Shown one piece after another: positions 18,172 through 27,968 of a stretch of 64,000 nucleotides of DNA; the stretch's first letter is position 1; each line of letters begins with the position of its first letter. The notes under the pieces are model-generated. The model worked only from the letters and a program-made list of their open reading frames with translations. It had not been told where the DNA came from and did not search any database. Source of the DNA: Candidatus Poribacteria bacterium. GTDB taxonomy: Bacteria; Poribacteria; WGA-4E; WGA-3G. The stretch spans positions 4,864,001 through 4,928,000 of the forward strand of contig OZ242029.1 of NCBI GenBank assembly GCA_965205015.1. Reading direction: 5' to 3'. A program made the position numbers and the translations under genes.

Positions 18172-20679
18172 ATGAAATCGACATCTGTTTTCGTTGCTTT
18201 TTGGCTGGTGCTTATTTGTGCCCTAACAAGTTTCGCCCAAGATTACACCAAGTGGAATTTACCGGAGGGAGCGGTTGCCCGTCTCGGCAAAGGCAGTATA
18301 AATGAGATAGCGTATTCCCCGGATGGCGATCGGTTCGCGACAGCCGGTGGTGCTGGTATTTGGATATACGATGCGGATAGCGGTGAAGAATTAGCAATCC
18401 TCACAGGGGACTCGAAAGGGCTGGGCCTGAGCCTGAGCATTGCGTATAGTCCAGATGGGAAAACACTCGCAACGGGGAGTTCGGACGGCACCGTGCGTCT
18501 CTGGGACCCAAACACTGGCACTCTCAAAAACACACTCACTGAACGCATAGGCTATGTCTGGAGTGTCGCGTATAGTCCAGATGGGAAAACACTCGCAACG
18601 GGGAGTTCGGACAGCCCGGTGCGTCTCTGGGACCCAAACACTGGCACTCTCAAAAACACACTCACTGAACACACAAAAGGAGTCTCGAATGTAGCGTATA
18701 GTCCAGATGGGAAAACACTCGCAACGGGGAGTTCGGACGGCACCGTGCGTCTCTGGGACCCAAACACTGGCACTCTCAAAAACACACTCACTGAACACAA
18801 GTACTCTGCCCTGAGCGTAGCGTATAGTCCCGATGGCACTACCCTCGCAAGTGGGAGTACGGACAGCACCGTGCGTCTCTGGGATGCAAGGACAGGCACT
18901 CTCAAACATACACTCACTGGACGCACGGGCTGGATCTGGGTCCATAGTGTCGCGTATAGTCCAGATGGGAAAACACTCGCAACGGGGAGTTCGGACGGCA
19001 CCGTGCGTCTCTGGGACCCAAACACTGGCACTCTCAAAAACACACTCACTGGACGCATGGGCGCGTACTGTGATGACTTTAGTGTAGCGTATAGTCCCGA
19101 TGGCACCACCCTCGTAAGTGGGAGTACGGTCGACACTGTGCGTCTCTGGGACCCAAACACTGGCACTCTCAAAAACATACTCACCGGACATACGCCCTCT
19201 GTCCAGAGTGTCGCGTATAGTCCAGATGGGAAAACACTCGCAACGGGGAGTTCGGACAGCACCGTACGTCTCTGGAACACCACGACAGGCACCCTCCGAC
19301 AGACGCTCACTGGACACACTTGGGGGATCAAGAGCGTCGCGTATAGTCCAGATGGGAAAACACTCGCAACGGGGAGTTTGAACAGCACCGTGCTTCTATG
19401 GGATGCGACGACAGGCACCCTCAAAAACACACTCACTGGACACACGGACAGGGTCTTTAGTGTCGCGTATAGTCCAGATGGGAAAACACTCGCAACGGGG
19501 AGTTCGGACCACACTGTGCGTCTATGGGATGCGACGACAGGCACCCTCAAAAACACACTCACTGGACACACGGACGATGTCCGGAGTGTCGCGTATAGTC
19601 CAGATGGGAAAACACTCGCAACGGGGAGTTCGGACCACACTGTGCGTCTATGGGATGCGAGAACAGGTACGCTCAAACACGCACTCACTAGATACACGAC
19701 CGAAGTCTATAGCGTTGCGTATAGTCCGGATGGGAACGCACTCGTAACTGGGGGTTCGGACCGCACCGTGCGTCTATGGGATGTCACGACAGGAATCTCC
19801 AAATACGCCACTGGACACACGGACAATGTCCGGAGTGTAGCGTATAGTCCGGATGGGAACACACTCGCAACAGGGAGTTCGGACCATACCGTGCGTCTAT
19901 GGGATGTCACGACAGGTGCCCTCAAAAACACACTCACCGGACAGACGTACGTTTCAAGTGTAGCGTATAGTCCCGATGGAAACACCCTCGCAAGTGGGAG
20001 TTCGGACGGCACCGTGCTGCTGTGGCAACTCACACCCACTGAACCCACCGACGCACCCAAGCAACTTGCCGCCGACATCAACGCCGATGGACAGGTCAAT
20101 ATCCAAGACCTCGCGCTCGTCGCCACCGCATTCGGGCAGACGGGGGAAAATACGGCGGATGTCAACGCCGATGGGAAAGTTGATATCCAAGACCTCACGC
20201 TCGTCGCCGCCGCATTCGGAAACAGAAACGGTGCCCCCAAGGCATCGCACCCAGACTCCGCAAGCAGTGCCAATAGAGAACAGGTCCAGCACTGGCTCAC
20301 ACAGGCACGGCAATCTGCCCTCACCGATCCTGTTTCGCTCCGTGGCATTGCTGTGCTGGAGCAACTCCTCGCTGCCTTGACGCCTACAGAGACGGCACTC
20401 CTGCCGAACTATCCGAATCCGTTCAATCCGGAGACGTGGATCCCCTATCAACTCTCGAAACCTGCGGCGGTTACGGTGAGTATCTATACGGCGGATGGCA
20501 CGCGGGTCCGCGTTTTGGCGGTCGGGCATCAAGCGGCGGGGATGTATCAGCACCGCAGCCGGGCGGTGTATTGGGACGGCAGGAACACGCAAGGGGAGTC
20601 TGTGGCGAGTGGCGTCTATTTCTATACGTTGACCGCTGGCGATTTCACTGCGACTCGGAAGATGATCATACGAAAGTAG
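18172..20679 (+). CDS. Secreted WD40 protein (14 repeats) + dockerin + FlgD-Ig/T9SS-like tail
   Basis: Signal peptide MKSTSVFVAFWLVLICALTSFAQ; 14 AYSPDG..LW repeats; ADINADGQVNIQDL dockerin; NYPNPFNPETWIPY tail. Confidence 0.93.
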   Translation: MKSTSVFVAFWLVLICALTSFAQDYTKWNLPEGAVARLGKGSINEIAYSPDGDRFATAGGAGIWIYDADSGEELAILTGDSKGLGLSLSIAYSPDGKTLATGSSDGTVRLWDPNTGTLKNTLTERIGYVWSVAYSPDGKTLATGSSDSPVRLWDPNTGTLKNTLTEHTKGVSNVAYSPDGKTLATGSSDGTVRLWDPNTGTLKNTLTEHKYSALSVAYSPDGTTLASGSTDSTVRLWDARTGTLKHTLTGRTGWIWVHSVAYSPDGKTLATGSSDGTVRLWDPNTGTLKNTLTGRMGAYCDDFSVAYSPDGTTLVSGSTVDTVRLWDPNTGTLKNILTGHTPSVQSVAYSPDGKTLATGSSDSTVRLWNTTTGTLRQTLTGHTWGIKSVAYSPDGKTLATGSLNSTVLLWDATTGTLKNTLTGHTDRVFSVAYSPDGKTLATGSSDHTVRLWDATTGTLKNTLTGHTDDVRSVAYSPDGKTLATGSSDHTVRLWDARTGTLKHALTRYTTEVYSVAYSPDGNALVTGGSDRTVRLWDVTTGISKYATGHTDNVRSVAYSPDGNTLATGSSDHTVRLWDVTTGALKNTLTGQTYVSSVAYSPDGNTLASGSSDGTVLLWQLTPTEPTDAPKQLAADINADGQVNIQDLALVATAFGQTGENTADVNADGKVDIQDLTLVAAAFGNRNGAPKASHPDSASSANREQVQHWLTQARQSALTDPVSLRGIAVLEQLLAALTPTETALLPNYPNPFNPETWIPYQLSKPAAVTVSIYTADGTRVRVLAVGHQAAGMYQHRSRAVYWDGRNTQGESVASGVYFYTLTAGDFTATRKMIIRK

Positions 20680-20822
20680 CACTATTTCCAGAAGATTATA
20701 TCGCATTGGCGGACCGTCTCAAAGACTGCACAGGAGACCAACGGTCTCCTATGCTACAAAGCACTCGTTTGTGGAAGCATTTTCAATTGCGGTAAGAGAT
20801 AAAAAAACAAGGAGAATGTCTC

Positions 20823-23786
20823 ATGAAACCGACACCTGTTTTCGTTGCTTTTTGGCTGGTGCTTATCTGTGCCCTAACGAGTTTCGCCCAAGATTACACC
20901 ACGTCGAATTTACCGGAGGGAGCGATTGCCCGTCTCGGCAAAGGCGTTGTAAAGGAGATAGCGTATTCCCCGGATGGCGATCGGCTTGCGATAGTGAGTA
21001 GTGTAGGTATTTGGATATACGATGCGGGGAGCGGTGAAGAATTGGCACTCCTCACTGAACACAAGGAAGCGGTCAATAGTGTTGCGTATAGTCCCGATGG
21101 AAACACACTCGCAACGGGGGGTTCGGGCGATGTGCGTTTATGGGATGCGAAGACAGGCACGCTCCGACAGACGCTCACCGAACAAGGGGTCGAGGTCACA
21201 GATATTACGTATAGTCCCGATGGAAATACACTCGCAACGGGGGGTGTCTGGAACGAAGGGCATCTATGGGATGTGAAGACAGGCACACTCAAACATAAAC
21301 TCCCTGGAACCGTGGGCTGTATCGCCTCACATGTTGCGTATAGTCCCGATGGGAACACACTCGCAACGGGGCGTAGTGACGGCACCCTGCGTCTATGGGA
21401 TGCAGCGACAGGTACGCTCAAAAACACGCTCAAAAACACGCTCACTGAACACAAGGAGGCGGTCAATAGTGTTGCGTATAGTCCCGATGGGAATACACTC
21501 GCAACGGGGAATGAGGACGGCACCGTGCGTTTATGGGATGCAACCACAGGCACGCTTCGACAGACGCTCACTGGACGCATAGGCATAGTGAGTGGCTGGT
21601 ATCGTGGCATGGTCAATAGTGTTGCGTATAGTCCCGATGGGAACACACTCGCAACGGGGAGTGGGGACGGCACCGTGCGTTTATGGGATGCAACCACAGG
21701 CACGCTCAAAAACACGCTTACTGGACACACGGATTGGGTCAGTAGTGTTGCGTATAGTCTCGATGGAAACACACTCGCAACGGGGAGTACGAACGGCACC
21801 GTGCATTTATGGGATGCAACCACAGGCATACTCAAAAACACACTCACTGGACACACGAGTTATGTCTTTAGTGTTGCGTATAGTCTCGATGGAAACACAC
21901 TCGCAACGGGAGGTTCGCGCGATGTGCGTTTATGGGATGCAACCACAGGCACGCTCAAAAACACGCTCACTGGACACACGTATCAGGTCAGAAGTGTTGC
22001 GTATAGTCCCGATGGGAACACACTCGCAACGGGGAGTAGGGACGGCACCGTGCGTTTATGGGATGCAACCACAGGCACGCTCAAAAACACATTCACTGGA
22101 CACACGAGCGAGAGTGTTGCGTATAGTCCCGATGGGAACACACTCGCAACGGGGAGTGGGGACGGCACCGTGCTGCTGTGGGATGCAACCACAGGCACGC
22201 TCAAAAACACGCTCACTGGACACAAGGGGAATGCCCTTAGTGTTGCGTATAGTCCCGATGGGAATACACTCGTAAGTGGAGGTTTTGACAGCACTGTGCG
22301 TTTATGGGATGCAACCACAGGCATACTCAAAAACACACTTACTGGACACAAGGAGGGGGTCTATAGTGTTGCGTATAGTCCCGATGGGAACACACTCGCA
22401 ACGGGGAGTAGGGACGGCACCGTGCGTCTATGGGATGCAACCACAGGCACGCTCAAAAACACACTTACTGGAAACACGGATGGAGTCTTTAGTGTTGCGT
22501 ATAGTCCCGATGGGAACACACTCGCAAGTGGGGGGGACACCACCGTGCGTTTATGGAATGCAACCACAGGCACGCTCAAACACACGCTCACTGGAAACAC
22601 GAACGTAATCAAAAGTGTTGCGTATAGTCCCGATGGGAACACACTCGCAACGGCGGGTGCGAACGGCACCGTGCTGCTGTGGGATGTCACACCCTACAAC
22701 TCACAAACTTATTCGGTTGAAACAGATAGTCTCACAGAAGTACCTGAGGTGTCTGTCAACAGTGATGTTGCGCATGTGAGTCTCTCCGCTGCGTCGGTCT
22801 GGTCTGGCACTATAGGTGACCAACTGACGGTGAACGCTAACATCACAGAGGGTGTAGACGTGAGGGGGTATCAAATAGAACTCATTTTCGAGCGTGCAGC
22901 ACTGCGTTTTGTGTCAAGTGTGGATGGCGGGTATCTGCCGGCGGGTGCTTTCGTTGTGCCGCCCGTGGTGAATGGCAATCGGGTCACGTTTGGGGCGACA
23001 TCTCTACAAGCGAGTAGCGAAGGGGATGGGACGCTTGCGGCCTTCACGTTTGAAGCATTGACTGCCTCGCCTGCGCTGCCGACACTCTCCGATGTGAAAC
23101 TGGCCGACAGTGATGCCAACTTCTTAGCCGTGCGGATTGAGACCAAGACGGGAGAAGTCGGTCTTACCTCTCTTGCGGGAGACGTGAACGGTGATGGTGT
23201 GGTGAGTCTTGAGGATATGACTGTGGCTTCGGGGCGTCTGGGTCAGACAGGTGAGAACACAGCGGATATGAACAAGGATGGCGTAGTGGATGTGGCGGAT
23301 CTCCTGTTAGTTGCAGCAGCGATAGAAGCCGCGGCGGCTGCCCCGTCGCTGCATCCGGAGCGTATTGCTGAGATGTTCACTGCAACAGAGGTGCGTCAGT
23401 GGTTATCGCTTGCGCGGGCAGAAGGTCTCACAGGTGGGCGGTATCAGCGAGGGGTGCTGCTTCTGGAACACCTTCTTATGAGACTCACCCCGAAAGAGAC
23501 GTTGCTCTTAGCGAACTATCCGAATCCGTTCAATCCGGAGACGTGGATACCGTATCAGTTATCAGAGCCTGCGGATGTGTCTATTTTCATCTATGCTGCA
23601 GATGGACGTTTGGTTCGGATGCTGACGTTAGGGCATCAGTCTGCGGATATCTATGCGTCTCGGAGCCGTGCGGCGTATTGGGACGGCAGGAACACGCAAG
23701 GGGAGTCTGTGGCGAGTGGCGTCTATTTCTACACGTTGACTGCCGGCGATTTCACGGCAACCCGGAAGCTGTTGATACGAAAGTAA
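20823..23786 (+). CDS. Secreted WD40 protein (14 repeats) + cohesin + dockerin + FlgD-Ig/T9SS-like tail
   Basis: Tandem paralog of the preceding gene with near-identical leader and signal peptide; 14 WD40 repeats; VRGYQIELIF cohesin-like region; GDVNGDGVV dockerin; same tail. Confidence 0.93.
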   Translation: MKPTPVFVAFWLVLICALTSFAQDYTTSNLPEGAIARLGKGVVKEIAYSPDGDRLAIVSSVGIWIYDAGSGEELALLTEHKEAVNSVAYSPDGNTLATGGSGDVRLWDAKTGTLRQTLTEQGVEVTDITYSPDGNTLATGGVWNEGHLWDVKTGTLKHKLPGTVGCIASHVAYSPDGNTLATGRSDGTLRLWDAATGTLKNTLKNTLTEHKEAVNSVAYSPDGNTLATGNEDGTVRLWDATTGTLRQTLTGRIGIVSGWYRGMVNSVAYSPDGNTLATGSGDGTVRLWDATTGTLKNTLTGHTDWVSSVAYSLDGNTLATGSTNGTVHLWDATTGILKNTLTGHTSYVFSVAYSLDGNTLATGGSRDVRLWDATTGTLKNTLTGHTYQVRSVAYSPDGNTLATGSRDGTVRLWDATTGTLKNTFTGHTSESVAYSPDGNTLATGSGDGTVLLWDATTGTLKNTLTGHKGNALSVAYSPDGNTLVSGGFDSTVRLWDATTGILKNTLTGHKEGVYSVAYSPDGNTLATGSRDGTVRLWDATTGTLKNTLTGNTDGVFSVAYSPDGNTLASGGDTTVRLWNATTGTLKHTLTGNTNVIKSVAYSPDGNTLATAGANGTVLLWDVTPYNSQTYSVETDSLTEVPEVSVNSDVAHVSLSAASVWSGTIGDQLTVNANITEGVDVRGYQIELIFERAALRFVSSVDGGYLPAGAFVVPPVVNGNRVTFGATSLQASSEGDGTLAAFTFEALTASPALPTLSDVKLADSDANFLAVRIETKTGEVGLTSLAGDVNGDGVVSLEDMTVASGRLGQTGENTADMNKDGVVDVADLLLVAAAIEAAAAAPSLHPERIAEMFTATEVRQWLSLARAEGLTGGRYQRGVLLLEHLLMRLTPKETLLLANYPNPFNPETWIPYQLSEPADVSIFIYAADGRLVRMLTLGHQSADIYASRSRAAYWDGRNTQGESVASGVYFYTLTAGDFTATRKLLIRK

Positions 23787-23957
23787 AATCATTTTTTGAG
23801 GAAGGATGGAAGCACAGGAAGACGACAAGGGACACCGTATCCGCTATCTTCCAACCTTCCATACTTCCAACTTTCTAACGGATTTGCCGATCAAAACCTA
23901 AATTTAATATTCAAACGTGCTTAAGGAAGGACCAGTTATTTAGGACAGCACGCAGCC

Positions 23958-24755
23958 ATGGAACAATATATAGACGGACTTCGACACGTATTCGATACCG
24001 GCATTGACCGCGAGGGTAGAAACGGGGTAACCCGCGCACTCTTCGGCATGCAAATGCGCTACAACATGGAAGACGGGTTTCCTGCCGTAACCACTAAAAA
24101 ACTCGCGTTCCGGTCAGTAAAAGCAGAACTTCTCGGTTTCCTGCGCGGCTACGATCACGTTGATCAGTTTCAAAAACTTGGGACACAAATTTGGGATGCC
24201 AACGCTGAGGCATGGGGACGCGAGGGTTATCTCGGACGCATATACGGCGTCCAATGGCGGAGATGGAAAACAGAAAATGGGACGATTGATCAGTTAGCCA
24301 AAATCATCGAACAACTTCAGACCCACCCGCATAGCCGCAAACATATTGTCACGGCATGGAACCCTGCGGAGTTAGATGAAATGGCATTGACACCCTGCCA
24401 CATGTGTTTCCAATTCGTTGTCGCAAACGGCAAGTTGTCGCTGCAGATGTATCAACCCAGTTGTGATATGTTCTTAGGGGTCCCGTTCAATATCGCCTCG
24501 TATGCGCTTCTCCTACACATGGTGGCACAGGTAACAGGCTTTACGCCTTATGAATTCATCCATACCTTAGGCGACGCGCACATCTATCACGAACATCTTG
24601 AAGCCGTCCAAACCCAATTAAAACGGAAACCGTATCCACTCCCGAAACTCGAACTGAATCCGAAGATCAAGTCAATCGACGCTTTCAAGATGCAGCACAT
24701 TCAATTGGTAGACTACCAACACCACGAGACTATTTACGCACCTATGATTGTGTAG
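23958..24755 (+). CDS. thyA: Thymidylate synthase
   Basis: GFPAVTTKKL, GRIYGVQWR, AWNP..L..MAL.PCH, DMFLGVPFNIASY, GDAHIY motifs. Note QPS instead of the canonical QRS. Confidence 0.95.
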   Translation: MEQYIDGLRHVFDTGIDREGRNGVTRALFGMQMRYNMEDGFPAVTTKKLAFRSVKAELLGFLRGYDHVDQFQKLGTQIWDANAEAWGREGYLGRIYGVQWRRWKTENGTIDQLAKIIEQLQTHPHSRKHIVTAWNPAELDEMALTPCHMCFQFVVANGKLSLQMYQPSCDMFLGVPFNIASYALLLHMVAQVTGFTPYEFIHTLGDAHIYHEHLEAVQTQLKRKPYPLPKLELNPKIKSIDAFKMQHIQLVDYQHHETIYAPMIV

Positions 24756-24780
24756 AATTCTCACAGTATTTAGGGAGAGA

Positions 24781-25284
24781 ATGAAACAGAAAAAGCAAAA
24801 CCAAGGCAATTCCGATCCCTCTCAACAGAACGGTAATTCCGCAATCTCAGACGAACTGACGCTGGCAGAGGAAGCCGGGTTCCTCATTCAAATCGCTTTT
24901 GAGGAATTTGAAGAGATTATCATCAATTACCCGCATCACGCCGCCTACTGCTTCGCATCAATCACGCGTCTGGCGGATACAACCGAGAACCTCTCACACT
25001 TCACACGACGGTTGGGCATGTGGCTCTGGATAGAAGTGCTTGCCTTTCAAACCGAAGAACCCCTGGATCTCACAGAATTCGTCGAACAGTTTGACGTCGA
25101 TGTGGAGACCATTGAGACCGGGATTAACGAGCTTGTAACTGCCGAAGAATTTAAGATTGAATGGGAACAGGAAAAACAGATCAAACTCGTACCGCGTATG
25201 GCAAAAGAGACAGTCATCCATTTTGCCGAGCGCGTCTTGAGTGGGATACGGGCAGGACAACAGGAGGAAGGAGTCGAGCCTTAA
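24781..25284 (+). CDS. Hypothetical protein between thyA and folA
   Basis: GGGAG RBS, 167-aa ORF, tightly coupled to folA. No recognised family. Confidence 0.7.
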   Translation: MKQKKQNQGNSDPSQQNGNSAISDELTLAEEAGFLIQIAFEEFEEIIINYPHHAAYCFASITRLADTTENLSHFTRRLGMWLWIEVLAFQTEEPLDLTEFVEQFDVDVETIETGINELVTAEEFKIEWEQEKQIKLVPRMAKETVIHFAERVLSGIRAGQQEEGVEP

Positions 25285-25285
25285 A

Positions 25286-25774
25286 ATGGTAGTTTCAATG
25301 ATCGCCGCAATGGATAAAAATAGACTCATCGGGAACGGACCGGATATCCCGTGGCAGATGCCGGTCGATCGACGGCACTTCCGTGATATGACAATTGGCA
25401 AACCCGTCGTTATGGGACGCAAGACCTTTGAAACCCTGAAACGTCCCCTCGGCAAGCGGCGCAACATTATTCTCACACGAAACAGGACTTACGCGGCACC
25501 GAAAGGGTGTAGCGTCGCACATTCGGTAGAAGAGATCCTTAAGCTTTGTGCGGGGACAGAGGAACTCATGATATGCGGCGGTGCGCCTATCTACGAAGCC
25601 TTTCTACCCCACGCCGATCGACTCTACCTCACGCAGATCCACGCCACATTCAAAGGCGACGTCTATTTTCCAGCGTTCGATATCGAGGCATGGCAAGAAG
25701 TAAAACGCATTGATGGTGAACCTGATGAGAAAAACCCTTATCCTTATAGCTTTGTGTTTTTAGAAAGAAAATAG
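25286..25774 (+). CDS. folA: Dihydrofolate reductase
   Basis: IAAMDKNRLIG, IPW, VVMGRKTF, RPL..RRNIILTR, ICGGAPIY, GDVYFP motifs. Confidence 0.96.
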   Translation: MVVSMIAAMDKNRLIGNGPDIPWQMPVDRRHFRDMTIGKPVVMGRKTFETLKRPLGKRRNIILTRNRTYAAPKGCSVAHSVEEILKLCAGTEELMICGGAPIYEAFLPHADRLYLTQIHATFKGDVYFPAFDIEAWQEVKRIDGEPDEKNPYPYSFVFLERK

Positions 25775-25784
25775 GAGAAGACCC

Positions 25785-26417
25785 TTGCTTAATTTGTGTA
25801 TGCTTTCCGGTTCTTTTGAGTACGACTCCGAGGAATCTTTGACGACCTTCAAAACGTTCGTTGAAAAACACTATCCGATCCAAGCAAATTTACTTATCTA
25901 CAATTCAGAAGATCACGATCCATCTTTAGCGGCGTTAGCGGATGCAGATGCGCTGTTGGTCTTCACACGCCGTCTCAATACAGAGGGAGCATCACTCAGG
26001 CAATTTCAAGCCTACTGCGAACAAGGCAAACCCCTTGTTGGTGTTAGGACAGCCAGTCACGCTTATCAAAACTGGTTGGAATTTGATAAAACTGTGCTCG
26101 GCGGCGACTATCAAGGTCATTATGGCGACGGTCCCCGCACTCAGGTGGAATTGATTGCTACAGAACACCCTATTCTGAACGGCATTCCAGCGTTTGACTG
26201 TTATGGCAGCCTTTACAAAAACCCATCCCTTCGCGACGATACCTCTCTACTGCTAATGGGACATACGGATGAACATTCAGAACCTGTCGCATGGACGCGT
26301 TTGCATAACGGCGGACGTATCTGTTATACTTCATTAGGGCACCAGAAAGATTTTGAAGTCGAACCCTTTTTACGGCTCCTCGCGCAAAGCATCTTGTGGG
26401 TAGCGGAACAGATATAG
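25785..26417 (+). CDS. ThuA-like (class I glutamine amidotransferase-like) domain protein
   Basis: GKPLVGVRTASHA, LGGDYQGHY, EPVAWTR...GRICYTSLGH motifs. Confidence 0.85.
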   Translation: MLNLCMLSGSFEYDSEESLTTFKTFVEKHYPIQANLLIYNSEDHDPSLAALADADALLVFTRRLNTEGASLRQFQAYCEQGKPLVGVRTASHAYQNWLEFDKTVLGGDYQGHYGDGPRTQVELIATEHPILNGIPAFDCYGSLYKNPSLRDDTSLLLMGHTDEHSEPVAWTRLHNGGRICYTSLGHQKDFEVEPFLRLLAQSILWVAEQI

Positions 26418-26443
26418 GAAAAAATTCAAGGCATTTTGGAGAT

Positions 26444-27703
26444 ATGGAAACCCTTACAATTCTGAATGGCGACATCTACACCCCTATGCATCATGGACAG
26501 GGGAGCATCGTCATTCAAAACGACAAAATTTCAACGATAACGTCAGAGGCACTACACCCCTCAGGAAAGATCATTGATGCCTCTGGATGTCTCGTCATTC
26601 CTGGATTAATTGACGGACTGGTGCACGGTGGGGGCGGTTGTGATAGCATGACGGGTCACGTTGAAGACATTGAGACAATCGTGCGAGCACATGCGTGTAG
26701 CGGTGTCACTTCGGTGGTGTTAGGAATCTCCTCGGGGAGTATGCCACAAATCAACAACGCCTTAACCGCTATTGCGCACGTCGTTGACGCACCGATAGCA
26801 GACGGTTCCCGAATTTTAGGATCATACGTGGAAGGAAAATTCGGGAGTCTCGCCAAAAACGGGGCACAGAATGCGAAATACATTACACCGCCAAACTTTG
26901 AAGAATTCCATGCGATGTGGGCAGCTTCGGATGGAACTTTAAAGGTAATCTCTGTCGCGCCAGAAAATGATGAAAATCTGCAGTTTATCCAGCATCTCGC
27001 GACCTTTAAAACAGATGCGTATAATAACATCGTCATAGCGATGGGACACACAAACGCGACATACCAACAAGCAATGGAGGCAATTGACGCAGGCGTGACA
27101 CGCGCGACCCATACTTACAACGGTATGAGTGGGATGCACCACCGCACACTCGGCGCGATTGAAGCCGTCCTCTCCCATCCAGACATCCACGCAGAACTCA
27201 TCGTTGATGAACACCACGTCCACCCGTTTTGGGGAAATACCCTCATCCGACAAAAAGGGATTCACGCCGTTGGGTTAATTACGGACTGCACAGAACTCGC
27301 CGGTGTCCCTGAGGGAGACTGGCAAACCTCGGCAACATACATCCCCGAGCTGGATGCCTATCGCCTCAACGCAGATGCCATTCCCGAACACGACACGGCT
27401 TTTGAAATCAACAGTACCGAGAAATACGTCCGCAACGGAGCGATGTGGTTGGATGTAGGAAAGCCGACTGAACGCCTCGCGGGTGCGACAATTACACTTA
27501 TGGAGGGTGTCCGTAACGTTATCAACTGGGGGCATTCCTTGGAAGACACCCTAACGATGGCGACTTTAACGCCCGCACAAAATTTAGGCGTTGCAGATGC
27601 AGTGGGTTCAATTGCAACCGGGAAAACAGCAGATATCGTTATTGTTGACGAAAATTTGAGCGTTCAAACCGTTATTTTAGGCGGAAAAGTGGTAAAAAAG
27701 TAG
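26444..27703 (+). CDS. nagA: N-acetylglucosamine-6-phosphate deacetylase (divergent)
   Basis: PGLID..VHGGGG, VAPE, MGHTNA, THTYNGM, IVDEHHVHP, ITD, LAGA, GKTADIV amidohydrolase motifs. Confidence 0.85.
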   Translation: METLTILNGDIYTPMHHGQGSIVIQNDKISTITSEALHPSGKIIDASGCLVIPGLIDGLVHGGGGCDSMTGHVEDIETIVRAHACSGVTSVVLGISSGSMPQINNALTAIAHVVDAPIADGSRILGSYVEGKFGSLAKNGAQNAKYITPPNFEEFHAMWAASDGTLKVISVAPENDENLQFIQHLATFKTDAYNNIVIAMGHTNATYQQAMEAIDAGVTRATHTYNGMSGMHHRTLGAIEAVLSHPDIHAELIVDEHHVHPFWGNTLIRQKGIHAVGLITDCTELAGVPEGDWQTSATYIPELDAYRLNADAIPEHDTAFEINSTEKYVRNGAMWLDVGKPTERLAGATITLMEGVRNVINWGHSLEDTLTMATLTPAQNLGVADAVGSIATGKTADIVIVDENLSVQTVILGGKVVKK

Positions 27704-27750
27704 AAAATTCGTAGAATGTCAATCTTTTTTGCTTTTTTTTGAAAAAAAAT

Positions 27751-27779
27751 TTGACACCGCCTAAAAAATTGTGTATAAT
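27751..27779 (+). promoter_or_regulatory. Consensus sigma-70 promoter of the str operon
   Basis: TTGACA-N17-TATAAT, with an AT-rich UP-like tract upstream. Confidence 0.9.
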
Positions 27780-27820
27780 ATTAGTTTTGGGAACCCTAAT
27801 CAATCTTTTTTGGAAACGAG

Positions 27821-27905
27821 GGGGCAATTACGGAAACATTCTAACGTCGTATCTAAAATCCACGTTAATATGTTGAAGTTATAATGCCCCGCGCGGGGCT
27901 TTTTT
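27821..27905 (+). promoter_or_regulatory. rpsL leader with competing terminator/antiterminator (candidate attenuator)
   Basis: Terminator GCCCC-GCGC-GGGGC-T6 at 27886-27905. GGGGCAATTA (27821-27830) can instead pair with TAATGCCCC (27882-27890). Confidence 0.55.
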
Positions 27906-27968
27906 ATTTTCATGAGAACCCCCCCCAGCTGCGCTACGACGGAAGACGCATCATTACGGAGGTCCGAC

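Noticed and set aside
18243-22690. Long antisense and alternate-frame ORFs over the WD40 genes
   Set aside because: Shadows of the repetitive WD40 coding sequence, with no independent RBS or domain signal.
18172-23786. Diversity-generating retroelement acting on the WD40 or LRR genes
   Set aside because: No reverse transcriptase in the window, and differences between repeats are not confined to adenines and include indels.
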